A DNA stretch of 64,000 nucleotides from Escherichia coli (GTDB lineage: Bacteria > Pseudomonadota > Gammaproteobacteria > Enterobacterales > Enterobacteriaceae): assembly GCF_044324875.1 (NCBI RefSeq), contig NZ_CP172185.1; one strand, given 5' to 3'. Positions 10,601 to 21,495 of this stretch are shown here, piece by piece. Made by a program: the position numbers and the translations under genes. The notes under the pieces were generated by a model. The model did not search any database. It saw nothing but the letters and a program-made list of their open reading frames with translations, and was not told the origin of the DNA. Numbering within the stretch: position 1 is the first letter of the stretch; each line of letters opens with the position of its first letter.

Positions 10601-11524
10601 TCAGAACGGCATTGATTTTCGAATAGCGTTAATCATCAACTGGCAACCAGAAGAGAACGTCGCATCTACGCGGGTCAGTATTCCAATCGGTTCGCCTGCA
10701 CCATGACCCGGAACAGGCAGGGCCACCAGCGTGGCATGACGCAGGTCGTCTTTTACAGCGCCAGAAGGGACAAACCACACGTAGTCGTATTCAACCGTAA
10801 GTTGACGAGATAGCGAAGCAGACAGTGTTTCGATACAGCCCGAAGGAATTTTACAGCCCTGGCTCTGCACTAATGCATCTGAATGCTGGCGTGGCGCAGT
10901 GCCTTCTGGTGATACAACAACCGGCCATTCCAGCACCCGGCTTAGCGTTACGTTCTCCTGAAGTAGCGGGTGATTAGGGCGGACAACCAGCTTCAGCGAT
11001 TCAAGAAACAGCAGTTCGTAATTAAGCCCGGTCATCAGTTCAGGATCTGACATCCGACCAATGCCGATATCGATTTCCCCGGTTTTTAAACCTGCCAGAA
11101 TCATAGGGTTACTCATTGTCGCAACTTGCAAGGTCGTCTCTTTTTGTTGCTGATGAAACTGACCTATAACCGAAGGTAATATCCCCAGTGCCGCAGTAGG
11201 TAGTGCACCAACCCTGACGACATCATTATTAAGACCTTCTTTACGATGAAGCGACTGTCCGGCAGTGTTGATGGCGTCAAGAACTCTGACTGCATGCGTT
11301 AAAAATTGTTCGCCGGGTAAGGTAAGTTGCGCCCCCTGACGACCACGCTCAAACAAGCGAGCGCCCGTCAGTTGCTCCAGTTCATTCAATGTCTTAGAGA
11401 GCGCAGGTTGACTCAAATTAAGGGTTTCAGCCGCGCGCCCCAAAGTTCCTTGTTGTGCGACAGCTACGAATGTATGAAGGTGGCGCAAACGGATGCGCTG
11501 ACTAAACAGACTATTTTTTTCCAT
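10601..11524 (-). CDS. ydcI: LysR-family transcriptional regulator YdcI
   Basis: LysR N-terminal HTH; start taken at MEKNSL (307 aa); ORF track extends to 11593. Confidence 0.85.
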   Translation of the reverse strand: MEKNSLFSQRIRLRHLHTFVAVAQQGTLGRAAETLNLSQPALSKTLNELEQLTGARLFERGRQGAQLTLPGEQFLTHAVRVLDAINTAGQSLHRKEGLNNDVVRVGALPTAALGILPSVIGQFHQQQKETTLQVATMSNPMILAGLKTGEIDIGIGRMSDPELMTGLNYELLFLESLKLVVRPNHPLLQENVTLSRVLEWPVVVSPEGTAPRQHSDALVQSQGCKIPSGCIETLSASLSRQLTVEYDYVWFVPSGAVKDDLRHATLVALPVPGHGAGEPIGILTRVDATFSSGCQLMINAIRKSMPF

Positions 11525-11740
11525 AAGCGATGTTAAAAACGAAGCGGTGTCGCTGACAAGTGAAGTTGTTTGATTATGATAACTTGATTGCAAAATATTA
11601 TTAACAATTAAAGCAATTGTATTACATCAAAATGGGTAATATTAATGTTTTCGCGGCGAGATCACAGTTTGCAAATTCTTCCCGCCAGAGTGAATGCGGT
11701 TACCTACACTCCAGATTACTGACCACTGGAGGCAGACATT

Positions 11741-13084
11741 ATGGCGAACAGCATCACGGCGGATGAGATTCGGGAACAGTTTTCGCAGGCAATGTCAGCC
11801 ATGTACCAGCAAGAAGTTCCGCAGTACGGCACGCTGCTGGAACTGGTAGCTGATGTGAATCTGGCTGTGCTGGAAAACAATCCTCAACTGCACGAAAAAA
11901 TGGTAAATGCAGACGAGCTGGCGCGACTGAATGTTGAACGTCATGGGGCGATTCGCGTTGGGACTGCACAAGAGCTTGCTACTCTTCGGCGGATGTTTGC
12001 CATTATGGGGATGTACCCGGTGAGCTATTACGATCTCTCGCAGGCGGGCGTGCCGGTACATTCCACAGCATTTCGGCCCATTGATGATGCTTCTCTGGCG
12101 CGTAATCCCTTCCGCGTTTTTACCTCCTTACTCCGCCTTGAGCTTATCGAGAACGAAATTTTGCGCCAGAAAGCGGCGGAGATTCTGCGTCAGCGCGATA
12201 TCTTCACCCCACGTTGTCGACAACTGTTAGAGGAATATGAGCAGCAGGGCGGTTTTAACGAAACACAGGCACAGGAGTTTGTGCAGGAAGCCCTGGAAAC
12301 GTTTCGCTGGCACCAGTCAGCGACGGTGGATGAAGTAACCTATTGCGCCTTGCATAACGAACATCGGCTGATTGCTGATGTGGTCTGTTTTCCTGGATGC
12401 CATATCAACCACCTGACGCCACGCACGCTGGATATTGACCGGGTGCAGTCGATGATGCCTGAATGCGGAATTGAACCCAAAATTCTGATCGAAGGGCCGC
12501 CGCGCCGCGAGGTACCGATTTTACTACGCCAGACCAGTTTTAAAGCACTGGAAGAGACGGTGTTGTTTGCAGGGCAGAAACAGGGCACGCATACCGCGCG
12601 CTTTGGTGAAATAGAGCAGCGTGGCGTGGCATTAACGCCGAAAGGACGACAACTGTATGATGATCTACTGCGGAACGCTGGAACCGGGCAGGATAATCTC
12701 ACTCACCAAATGCATTTACAGGAAACCTTCCGCACTTTTCCTGACAGTGAGTTTTTAATGCGTCAGCAAGGGTTGGCATGGTTCCGGTACCGTCTGACGC
12801 CTTCAGGTGAGGCGCATCGTCAGGCGATTCATTCCGGAGACGATCCACAGCCCTTAATTGAACGTGGTTGGGTAGTGGCGCAACCCATTACCTATGAAGA
12901 TTTCTTGCCCGTTAGCGCGGCGGGGATCTTCCAGTCAAATCTGGGTAATGAAACGCAGGCACGCAGTCACGGTAATGCCAGTCGCGAAACATTTGAGCAG
13001 GCGTTGGGCTGCCCGGTTTTGGATGAGTTCCAGCTTTATCAGGAAGCGGAAGAACGCAGTAAACGTCGCTGTGGTTTGCTTTAA
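11741..13084 (+). CDS. ydcJ: DUF1338-family protein YdcJ
   Basis: 447-aa ORF recognised as YdcJ. Confidence 0.9.
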   Translation: MANSITADEIREQFSQAMSAMYQQEVPQYGTLLELVADVNLAVLENNPQLHEKMVNADELARLNVERHGAIRVGTAQELATLRRMFAIMGMYPVSYYDLSQAGVPVHSTAFRPIDDASLARNPFRVFTSLLRLELIENEILRQKAAEILRQRDIFTPRCRQLLEEYEQQGGFNETQAQEFVQEALETFRWHQSATVDEVTYCALHNEHRLIADVVCFPGCHINHLTPRTLDIDRVQSMMPECGIEPKILIEGPPRREVPILLRQTSFKALEETVLFAGQKQGTHTARFGEIEQRGVALTPKGRQLYDDLLRNAGTGQDNLTHQMHLQETFRTFPDSEFLMRQQGLAWFRYRLTPSGEAHRQAIHSGDDPQPLIERGWVVAQPITYEDFLPVSAAGIFQSNLGNETQARSHGNASRETFEQALGCPVLDEFQLYQEAEERSKRRCGLL

Positions 13085-13308
13085 ATTCTGACCATCCGCC
13101 TTTGCAAAAATTTGCCTGATTTTACAAACGAATCAGGCTCATCCCATCGACATAAAAAAATTGCCGATTAATGCATATTCTCTCAGTTCAACAATTGGAT
13201 TATTAATAAATATTGTCTAGAGTGAGCGGTCATAAATAAGCACTTTCTTGCCGCTGAAAACGACCAGCGCGGGACCATTCACAACACCAGAAGGACTCAC
13301 TTTCAGGT

Positions 13309-14964
13309 ATGGATCGTAGACGATTTATTAAAGGTTCAATGGCTATGGCCGCCGTGTGCGGTACCAGCGGCATTGCTTCTCTTTTTTCTCAGGCGGCATT
13401 CGCGGCAGATTCTGATATTGCCGACGGGCAAACCCAGCGTTTTGACTTCTCCATTCTACAGTCAATGGCGCACGACCTAGCGCAAACAGCGTGGCGTGGT
13501 GCGCCGCGTCCGTTACCTGACACTCTGGCGACAATGACGCCGCAGGCTTATAACAGTATTCAATACGACGCCGAAAAATCGCTCTGGCATAACGTTGAGA
13601 ACCGTCAACTGGACGCTCAGTTCTTCCATATGGGAATGGGTTTCCGTCGCCGCGTTCGTATGTTTTCTGTTGATCCCGCAACACATCTGGCGCGTGAAAT
13701 TCACTTTCGCCCGGAGTTGTTCAAATACAACGATGCGGGTGTTGATACCAAACAATTAGAAGGGCAAAGCGATCTCGGCTTTGCCGGTTTTCGCGTGTTT
13801 AAAGCCCCCGAACTGGCGCGTCGTGATGTAGTATCATTCCTCGGTGCGAGTTATTTCCGCGCCGTTGATGACACATATCAATATGGTTTGTCGGCTCGCG
13901 GCCTGGCGATCGACACTTACACCGACAGTAAAGAAGAGTTCCCCGACTTTACCGCCTTCTGGTTTGATACGGTAAAACCGGGGGCAACTACCTTTACCGT
14001 TTATGCGTTGCTCGATAGCGCCAGTATTACTGGTGCCTATAAGTTCACTATCCATTGTGAGAAAAGTCAGGTGATTATGGATGTGGAAAATCACCTGTAT
14101 GCGCGCAAAGACATTAAACAGCTGGGCATTGCGCCGATGACCAGCATGTTCAGCTGCGGCACTAATGAACGTCGGATGTGCGACACCATTCATCCGCAAA
14201 TCCATGACTCTGATCGTCTGTCCATGTGGCGGGGCAACGGCGAGTGGATTTGCCGTCCGCTGAATAATCCGCAAAAATTGCAGTTCAATGCTTACACCGA
14301 CAACAACCCGAAAGGGTTTGGTTTATTGCAACTGGATCGTGATTTCTCCCATTATCAGGACATTATGGGCTGGTATAACAAACGCCCAAGTCTGTGGGTG
14401 GAACCGCGTAACAAGTGGGGTAAGGGCACCATCGGCCTGATGGAAATCCCAACAACGGGCGAAACGCTGGATAACATTGTCTGCTTCTGGCAGCCAGAAA
14501 AAGCTGTAAAAGCGGGTGATGAGTTTGCATTCCAGTATCGTCTGTACTGGAGTGCGCAACCGCCTGTTCATTGCCCATTAGCGCGCGTTATGGCGACGCG
14601 TACCGGCATGGGCGGTTTCCCGGAAGGTTGGGCGCCAGGTGAACACTATCCCGAAAAGTGGGCGCGTCGTTTTGCCGTCGATTTCGTTGGTGGTGATCTG
14701 AAAGCTGCCGCACCAAAAGGCATTGAGCCGGTGATTACGCTTTCCAGTGGGGAAGCGAAGCAAATCGAAATTCTCTATATTGAACCCATTGAAGGTTATC
14801 GTATTCAGTTTGACTGGTATCCGACTTCGGACTCCACTGATCCGGTCGATATGCGGATGTATCTGCGTTGTCAGGGCGACGCTATCAGTGAAACATGGCT
14901 GTATCAGTATTTCCCACCAGCGCCGGATAAACGTCAGTATGTTGACGACCGCGTGATGAGTTAG
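13309..14964 (+). CDS. opgD: periplasmic glucan biosynthesis protein D (Tat-secreted)
   Basis: 551-aa ORF with twin-arginine signal [10 protein letters not shown]. Confidence 0.95.
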   Translation: MDRRRFIKGSMAMAAVCGTSGIASLFSQAAFAADSDIADGQTQRFDFSILQSMAHDLAQTAWRGAPRPLPDTLATMTPQAYNSIQYDAEKSLWHNVENRQLDAQFFHMGMGFRRRVRMFSVDPATHLAREIHFRPELFKYNDAGVDTKQLEGQSDLGFAGFRVFKAPELARRDVVSFLGASYFRAVDDTYQYGLSARGLAIDTYTDSKEEFPDFTAFWFDTVKPGATTFTVYALLDSASITGAYKFTIHCEKSQVIMDVENHLYARKDIKQLGIAPMTSMFSCGTNERRMCDTIHPQIHDSDRLSMWRGNGEWICRPLNNPQKLQFNAYTDNNPKGFGLLQLDRDFSHYQDIMGWYNKRPSLWVEPRNKWGKGTIGLMEIPTTGETLDNIVCFWQPEKAVKAGDEFAFQYRLYWSAQPPVHCPLARVMATRTGMGGFPEGWAPGEHYPEKWARRFAVDFVGGDLKAAAPKGIEPVITLSSGEAKQIEILYIEPIEGYRIQFDWYPTSDSTDPVDMRMYLRCQGDAISETWLYQYFPPAPDKRQYVDDRVMS

Positions 14965-14976
14965 TCGTTTTTTCTT

Positions 14977-15000
14977 CGGCACCTTCTTCGGGAGGTGCCG
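14977..15000 (+). terminator. stem-loop after opgD
   Basis: inverted repeat cggcacc...ggtgccg. Confidence 0.4.
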
Positions 15001-15103
15001 TCTGGTTAAACACGATCCCGCTCGCATTTTTCCCTAAGTTAAATGAGTAATCTGATGGTGTGTATTTCAGATACACCTTGTCAGCCACTAACAGGGAGTG
15101 CGT

Positions 15104-15328
15104 ATGTTTCCAGAATACCGAGATTTAATATCCCGTCTGAAAAACGAAAATCCTCGCTTTATGTCCTTGTTCGATAAACACAATAAACTTGATCATGAAA
15201 TTGCCAGAAAGGAAGGTTCCGACGGTCGAGGGTACAATGCGGAAGTGGTCCGCATGAAAAAACAAAAGCTACAGTTAAAAGATGAGATGCTCAAAATCCT
15301 GCAGCAGGAGAGCGTCAAAGAGGTGTAA
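15104..15328 (+). CDS. ydcH: DUF465-family small protein YdcH
   Basis: 74-aa ORF from MFPEYRDL. Confidence 0.8.
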   Translation: MFPEYRDLISRLKNENPRFMSLFDKHNKLDHEIARKEGSDGRGYNAEVVRMKKQKLQLKDEMLKILQQESVKEV

Positions 15329-15337
15329 ACTTTCCTA

Positions 15338-15363
15338 AGCCGCCAGCCAGGCGGCTTTTTTAA
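15338..15363 (+). terminator. Rho-independent terminator after ydcH
   Basis: hairpin agccgccagccaggcggct followed by tttttt. Confidence 0.7.
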
Positions 15364-15390
15364 CAACTGCATGGAGTGACTGGAGATAAG

Positions 15391-15930
15391 ATGACTGAAA
15401 CGATAAAAGTAAGCGAATCACTTGAATTACATGCTGTTGCAGAAAATCACGTCACACCTCTTTATCAGTTAATCTGTAAAAATAAAACCTGGTTACAGCA
15501 GTCGCTAAACTGGCCGCAGTTTGTTCAAATTGAAGAGGACACACGAAAAACGGTGCAGGGCAATGTAATGTTGCATCAACGCGGCTATGCCAAAATGTTC
15601 ATGATTTTCAAAGAAGATGAACTTATCGGCGTTATCTCGTTTAATCGTATTGAACCACTGAATAAAACCGCTGAAATCGGCTACTGGCTGGACGAATCTC
15701 ATCAGGGGGAGGGGATCATTTCTCAGGCGCTGCAGGCATTGATTCATCATTATGCTCAGTCTGGTGAACTTAGACGCTTCGTGATCAAATGTCGGGTGGA
15801 CAATGCGCAAAGCAACCAGGTCGCTTTGCGCAATGGTTTTATCCTTGAAGGTTGCCTGAAACAGGCTGAGTTTCTGAATGATGCCTATGATGATGTGAAC
15901 TTATACGCGCGTATTATCGATTCACAATAA
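15391..15930 (+). CDS. rimL: ribosomal protein L7/L12 serine acetyltransferase
   Basis: 179-aa GNAT ORF from [10 protein letters not shown]. Confidence 0.9.
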   Translation: MTETIKVSESLELHAVAENHVTPLYQLICKNKTWLQQSLNWPQFVQIEEDTRKTVQGNVMLHQRGYAKMFMIFKEDELIGVISFNRIEPLNKTAEIGYWLDESHQGEGIISQALQALIHHYAQSGELRRFVIKCRVDNAQSNQVALRNGFILEGCLKQAEFLNDAYDDVNLYARIIDSQ

Positions 15931-16902
15931 CCCTGCCAGCGGCGTTCGCGTAATGCGCTCTTCGCCGTTAATGACTTTTGGACCACGGACATGAACCGTG
16001 TCGCCATCAAAGGCTTCAACGACGGCGTGGTCGGTTAACTCCACATGGTTTTCAATTATCACCGCACCTGTAATACGGCTCTCACCTTGTATTACAACGT
16101 GCTCGTCGAGCAGAATCGGTCCGCCACGTACCACGGCATTTCCGCCAATCAAGACATGATGTTTTAACACACAATTACCTTCCACAATGGCATATTCCGC
16201 TACCTGCGAACTGTAATGAATTGTCGGAATGGCATCTTCTTCTATGCCAGCTTTCACCTGCGCGTGACCGTAGACTTTAGCACAATCGCATAGCCAGACG
16301 TTGTTCTCTTCATTACCTTCAACGCTGGCAAAATCAAAAACTTCGGCGCGATGTTCAATAAAAGCATACCGGACGACGGCATCGCCATAAATTTGTGCCT
16401 GGTGAACAATACGCGAGGCGCTAACCCTTGCGCGATCATAAATTTGTAGCAGGAGTTGATGGTCGGAGGTTAAGCCTTGCGCGGCGACGATCATAGAATG
16501 TTGATCAATTAAGGCGTGACCAAATATTCTACATTGACCGCAAACTAATGCGTCACGAATGGTGACGCTGTCACTTATATGTGCACCCTGACTGATTTCA
16601 CTATTATCGATCCAGACGTTATCCGTTGCGTAAACCTCTCCCCAAAGGACGCTGGTGCCGGTGATACGCGTATTACCGGAAATCACCGTTCCGCCGAACG
16701 CAATAGCATTCTGATCGTAAATCCAGCAATTTCCTTCCTGCGCTAACACCGTTTCGCGATCGATCCAGCCGCCAGCGGTTCCTGCTATCACATCGTTAAA
16801 ATCGCTCATGGCGATAATTTGCCGTAATAACACACTTTTTTTAGTGCCATCATCCTGATAACTAAAGGCTCGCTGTTCTTCACTTAGACGATATTTGCGC
16901 AT
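15922..16902 (-). CDS. ydcK: hexapeptide-repeat protein YdcK
   Basis: 326-aa ORF with left-handed beta-helix hexapeptide repeats. Confidence 0.9.
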   Translation of the reverse strand: MRKYRLSEEQRAFSYQDDGTKKSVLLRQIIAMSDFNDVIAGTAGGWIDRETVLAQEGNCWIYDQNAIAFGGTVISGNTRITGTSVLWGEVYATDNVWIDNSEISQGAHISDSVTIRDALVCGQCRIFGHALIDQHSMIVAAQGLTSDHQLLLQIYDRARVSASRIVHQAQIYGDAVVRYAFIEHRAEVFDFASVEGNEENNVWLCDCAKVYGHAQVKAGIEEDAIPTIHYSSQVAEYAIVEGNCVLKHHVLIGGNAVVRGGPILLDEHVVIQGESRITGAVIIENHVELTDHAVVEAFDGDTVHVRGPKVINGEERITRTPLAGLL

Positions 16903-17025
16903 AGCGTTTTCCCACAGGTGACTTACTATAACCGTAGCAAATTCTGCGGCTCTGGCTATGCTCGAGAAAATTCCATAAAATGCATTTCAAATATACTTTA
17001 TAAATTAAACAAAATGAGTAAGAAG

Positions 17026-18018
17026 ATGCAGAGCGATAAAGTGCTCAATTTGCCGGCAGGCTACTTTGGTATTGTGTTGGGGACGATAGGGATGGGATTT
17101 GCCTGGCGCTATGCCAGCCAGGTTTGGCAGGTCAGCCACTGGTTAGGGGATGGGCTAGTGATTCTGGCGATGATCATCTGGGGATTATTGACTAGCGCAT
17201 TTATTACCCGACTCATACGCTTTCCGCATAGCGTGCTGGCGGAAGTGCGTCATCCAGTGATGAGCAGTTTTGTGAGTTTGTTTCCGGCAACGACGATGCT
17301 GGTGGCGATTGGTTTTGTTCCGTGGTTTCGCCCACTGGCGGTGTGCCTGTTCAGTTTTGGCGTCGTGGTGCAACTGGCTTATGCCGCCTGGCAAACTGCG
17401 GGATTATGGCGCGGATCTCATCCTGAAGAAGCTACCACGCCTGGACTGTATCTGCCGACAGTTGCCAACAACTTTATCAGCGCAATGGCCTGTGGTGCAT
17501 TGGGCTACACCGACGCTGGTCTGGTGTTTTTAGGCGCAGGCGTTTTCTCATGGTTAAGCCTGGAACCGGTGATCTTGCAGCGTCTGCGCAGTTCGGGAGA
17601 ATTACCCACGGCGCTGCGGACATCACTCGGCATTCAGCTCGCTCCTGCGCTGGTGGCCTGTAGTGCCTGGCTGAGCGTCAACGGCGGCGAGGGTGACACG
17701 CTGGCGAAAATGCTTTTCGGTTATGGGCTGCTGCAACTGCTGTTTATGCTACGTCTGATGCCATGGTATCTCTCCCAGCCATTTAATGCTTCATTCTGGA
17801 GTTTCTCGTTCGGCGTATCTGCACTGGCAACCACCGGTTTGCATCTGGGGAGTGGCAGCGATAATGGATTTTTCCATACGCTGGCGGTGCCGCTGTTTAT
17901 CTTTACCAATTTTATAATTGCAATACTGCTCATCCGTACTTTCGCGCTTCTGATGCAGGGGAAATTGTTAATCAGAACCGAGCGCGCCGTTTTAATGAAA
18001 GCTGAGGACAAAGAATGA
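17026..18018 (+). CDS. tehA: tellurite resistance / C4-dicarboxylate transporter family protein TehA
   Basis: 330-aa polytopic membrane ORF from MQSDKVLN. Confidence 0.9.
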   Translation: MQSDKVLNLPAGYFGIVLGTIGMGFAWRYASQVWQVSHWLGDGLVILAMIIWGLLTSAFITRLIRFPHSVLAEVRHPVMSSFVSLFPATTMLVAIGFVPWFRPLAVCLFSFGVVVQLAYAAWQTAGLWRGSHPEEATTPGLYLPTVANNFISAMACGALGYTDAGLVFLGAGVFSWLSLEPVILQRLRSSGELPTALRTSLGIQLAPALVACSAWLSVNGGEGDTLAKMLFGYGLLQLLFMLRLMPWYLSQPFNASFWSFSFGVSALATTGLHLGSGSDNGFFHTLAVPLFIFTNFIIAILLIRTFALLMQGKLLIRTERAVLMKAEDKE

Positions 18019-18618
18019 TCATTCGTGACGAAAACTATTTTACTGATAAGTATGAATTAACCCGCACACACTCTGAAGTACTGGAAGCGGTGAAAGTGGT
18101 TAAACCCGGTAAAACGCTGGATCTGGGCTGTGGCAATGGTCGTAATAGTCTTTACCTGGCAGCCAATGGTTATGAAGTTGACGCATGGGATAAAAATGCC
18201 ATGAGTATCGCCAACGTCGAGCGTATTAAATCCATTGAAAATCTGGATAATTTACACACCCGGGTCGTTGATCTGAATAACCTTACGTTTGATGGGCAAT
18301 ACGATTTTATTCTTTCGACTGTGGTGCTGATGTTCCTTGAGGCTAAAACCATCCCAGGGCTGATTGCCAATATGCAACGTTGCACTAAACCTGGCGGTTA
18401 CAACCTGATTGTGGCGGCGATGGATACCGCTGATTATCCATGTACCGTCGTGTACCGTCGGCTTCCCGTTTGCCTTCAAAGAGGGAGAATTACGTCGATA
18501 TTACGAAGGCTGGGAGATGGTGAAATACAATGAAGACGTCGGCGAGCTGCACCGCACCGACGCCAACGGTAATCGTATTAAACTGCGTTTCGCCACGATG
18601 CTGGCACGTAAAAAATAA
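18015..18618 (+). pseudogene. tehB: tehB (SAM-dependent tellurite methyltransferase) disrupted by a frameshift
   Basis: ORFs 18015-18533 and 18409-18618 join into one continuous methyltransferase if one copy of the tandem 10-bp repeat at 18441-18460 is removed. Confidence 0.85.
18441..18460 (+). repeat. perfect 10-bp tandem duplication tgtaccgtcg x2 inside tehB
   Basis: read directly from the sequence. Confidence 0.9.
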
Positions 18619-18920
18619 CCTGGTAAGAACAAGGCGCGTGAAAATTCCCCACGCTGAGATGGTCTACTGTTCTTCTTTTCGGTAAGCATAATTTTTATCG
18701 AATGGATGTGAAATTAATCACAGTAGTCGAAGTTTTTTAGCAGCTTAACTTACTGAAATTTAACTACTGATGATTGACTTAGCCCCTTTTTCGGCATTGA
18801 CTATGTCGTCTGAAAAGGGGCTGAAAAATTTATTTTCACCAACACTTTTTTTGCCACAACACGAAGCGGCGCTTTTTGCTATAACTTAGAAAGTAATATA
18901 ATCATCTCAGGAAACTATTC

Positions 18921-19589
18921 ATGCGTACCACATCAATTGCGAAAGTTGCAGCTTTATGCGGCTTGTTGGCTCTGTCTGGTTGTGCCTCTAAAATCACCCA
19001 GCCAGATAAATATTCTGGTTTTTTAAACAATTACTCTGATTTAAAAGAAACAACCTCAGCAACAGGTAAACCTGTTTTACGTTGGGTAGACCCGAGTTTT
19101 GATCAAAGCAAATATGACAGCATCGTCTGGAACCCAGTCACTTATTATCCGGTACCGAAACCATCTACCCAGGTAGGGCAGAAAGTTCTGGATAAAATTT
19201 TGAGTTATACCAACACCGAAATGAAAGAAGCGATTGCGCAGCGTAAACCACTGGTTACCACCGCTGGGCCGCGTAGTCTGATTTTCCGTGGGGCCATTAC
19301 CGGTGTTGATACCAGCAAAGAAGGGCTGCAATTCTATGAAGTGGTTCCTGTCGCATTAGTGGTCGCGGGGACGCAAATGGCGACGGGCCACCGTACCATG
19401 GATACTCGCCTGTATTTTGAAGGTGAGCTGATTGATGCAGCTACTAATAAACCGGTTATCAAAGTCGTTCGTCAGGGCGAAGGTAAAGACCTGAATAACG
19501 AAAGTACGCCAATGGCTTTCGAAAATATTAAACAAGTTATTGATGACATGGCGACCGATGCCACCATGTTTGACGTTAACAAAAAGTAA
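18921..19589 (+). CDS. ydcL: lipoprotein YdcL
   Basis: 222-aa ORF with lipobox LSGC. Confidence 0.9.
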   Translation: MRTTSIAKVAALCGLLALSGCASKITQPDKYSGFLNNYSDLKETTSATGKPVLRWVDPSFDQSKYDSIVWNPVTYYPVPKPSTQVGQKVLDKILSYTNTEMKEAIAQRKPLVTTAGPRSLIFRGAITGVDTSKEGLQFYEVVPVALVVAGTQMATGHRTMDTRLYFEGELIDAATNKPVIKVVRQGEGKDLNNESTPMAFENIKQVIDDMATDATMFDVNKK

Positions 19590-19622
19590 TTCCAGCCGCG
19601 CCATCGTAAGATGCGCTTTTTA

Positions 19623-20795
19623 TTATCGGTTTCTGTGAGCGATTAAATTCAACACCACGTAACAAACGCCTCCGGCAATTAATCCCCAGAACGCAGAACC
19701 AATCCCGACCAGCGTCAATCCACTTGCCGTTACCAGAAATGCCACCACCGCCGCGTCGCGCTCACGCTCATTATGCAGCGCCTGATACAAACTGCCGCCA
19801 ATGGTACTCAACAGCGCCAGACCTGCCAGCATCTGGATCCAACTTACGGGCAGGGCAGCCATCATCCCGGTAATGGCACTACCAAAAAGACCTGCGAGCA
19901 AATAAAAAATGCCTGCAACGGCAGCTGCCAGCCAACGTTGATCTTTATCCGGATGCGCTTCCGGGCTTTGACAAATAGCCGCGGTGAGTGCCGCAATACC
20001 GACGGAATAAACGCCGAAAGGGGAAAAAACAAGCGCCAGCAATCCAGTAAACACAATCAACGGCGAAACAGGAGCCGAATACCCGGCTGCTTTCATTGCT
20101 GCGATACCTGGAGCGTTTTGCGATGCCATCGTCACCAGAAAAAGGGGGAGTGCAACGCTCAGACTGTGAGCAAACGAAAAATCAGGGGTAATATAAGTGG
20201 GGAGAACGGGTTTAAAGACAACATCATTTGTGACAACGTCACCTTGCGCCATAACGATCACGATCCCAATAATCATCGCGGCAATTACCGCATAGCGCGG
20301 CGCAACGGCCCTGGTTGCCAGCCATACCAGCAACATACTGCCACACAACGTAAATTGACCATCCAGACTGGCAAACGCCTGTAAACCAAAGCGTAATAAA
20401 ATCCCGGCAAGCATTGCTGCCGCAAGCGAGTGCGGAATAATGCGCATCAGACGAGCAAAGAGTCCCGTTATGCCGCAGAGGACTATTAACGCGTTGGTGA
20501 CAATAAAAACGCCGATGGCTTCGTTAAGTGTTAGTCCCTGTAATCCGGTGACCAACAAAGCCGCGCCAGGCGTTGACCATGCGGTGAGAACAGGTACGCG
20601 ATACCATAATGTCAGAGTCAGCGTACTGACGCCCATTGCCAGCCCCAGCGCCGTCATCCAGCCAGAGATTTGTGCAGTGGTGGCTCCGGCGACAATCGCT
20701 GCTTGCCAGATTATTGCCGCTGAACTGGCGTAGCCAATTAATACCGCCAGAAACCCCGCCAGTAGCGTGGGTGGAGGAATAGAAAACAGACGCAT
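19623..20795 (-). CDS. ydcO: benzoate-transporter-family membrane protein YdcO
   Basis: polytopic membrane ORF; start taken at MRLFSIPPP because the longer ORF would overlap divergent ydcN. Confidence 0.85.
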   Translation of the reverse strand: MRLFSIPPPTLLAGFLAVLIGYASSAAIIWQAAIVAGATTAQISGWMTALGLAMGVSTLTLTLWYRVPVLTAWSTPGAALLVTGLQGLTLNEAIGVFIVTNALIVLCGITGLFARLMRIIPHSLAAAMLAGILLRFGLQAFASLDGQFTLCGSMLLVWLATRAVAPRYAVIAAMIIGIVIVMAQGDVVTNDVVFKPVLPTYITPDFSFAHSLSVALPLFLVTMASQNAPGIAAMKAAGYSAPVSPLIVFTGLLALVFSPFGVYSVGIAALTAAICQSPEAHPDKDQRWLAAAVAGIFYLLAGLFGSAITGMMAALPVSWIQMLAGLALLSTIGGSLYQALHNERERDAAVVAFLVTASGLTLVGIGSAFWGLIAGGVCYVVLNLIAHRNR

Positions 20796-20886
20796 AGTCA
20801 CCTCGTGCGTTATAGCGTACAGGTACCGTAGCATTTGTCCGTTATAACGCACAAGTGATAAACTTCCGTTTTGCCGGAGGAGTCGC

Positions 20887-21423
20887 ATGGAAAATCTCGC
20901 TCGCTTTTTATCCACCACACTTAAACAACTACGCCAGCAGCGCGGCTGGAGTCTTTCGCGACTGGCCGAAGCGACAGGCGTTTCTAAAGCGATGTTAGGG
21001 CAGATTGAGCGTAATGAGTCCAGCCCGACGGTCGCGACATTATGGAAAATTGCCACCGGGTTGAATGTGCCATTTTCGACATTTATTTCTCCGCCGCAGT
21101 CCGCTACGCCTTCAGTTTATGATCCGCAACAGCAGGCGATGGTGATCACTTCGCTGTTTCCTTATGATCCACAACTCTGCTTTGAACACTTCTCGATTCA
21201 GATGGCACCTGGTGCAATAAGTGAATCGACGCCCCATGAGAAGGGAGTAATCGAACATGTTGTCGTCATTGATGGGCAACTTGATCTGTGCGTTGATGGT
21301 GAATGGCAGAGCCTTAATTGTGGAGAAGGCGCTCGATTTGCTGCAGACGTTACGCATGTCTATCGTAATGGTGGGGAGCAAATCGTACATTTTCATTCCC
21401 TCATCCATTACCCACGCAGTTAA
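20887..21423 (+). CDS. ydcN: XRE-family HTH / cupin transcriptional regulator YdcN
   Basis: 178-aa ORF with N-terminal HTH and C-terminal cupin. Confidence 0.9.
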   Translation: MENLARFLSTTLKQLRQQRGWSLSRLAEATGVSKAMLGQIERNESSPTVATLWKIATGLNVPFSTFISPPQSATPSVYDPQQQAMVITSLFPYDPQLCFEHFSIQMAPGAISESTPHEKGVIEHVVVIDGQLDLCVDGEWQSLNCGEGARFAADVTHVYRNGGEQIVHFHSLIHYPRS

Positions 21424-21495
21424 GCGGGAAAACTATTTCGCAACGTCGCGCTTGTGGCTAAAATAGCCGCCATTTTTCAGCTACTGGATAAGAAT

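Noticed and set aside
19773-20384. 203-aa plus-strand ORF rich in Cys/His/Arg
   Set aside because: Antisense within ydcO; composition is the usual signature of a wrong-frame translation.
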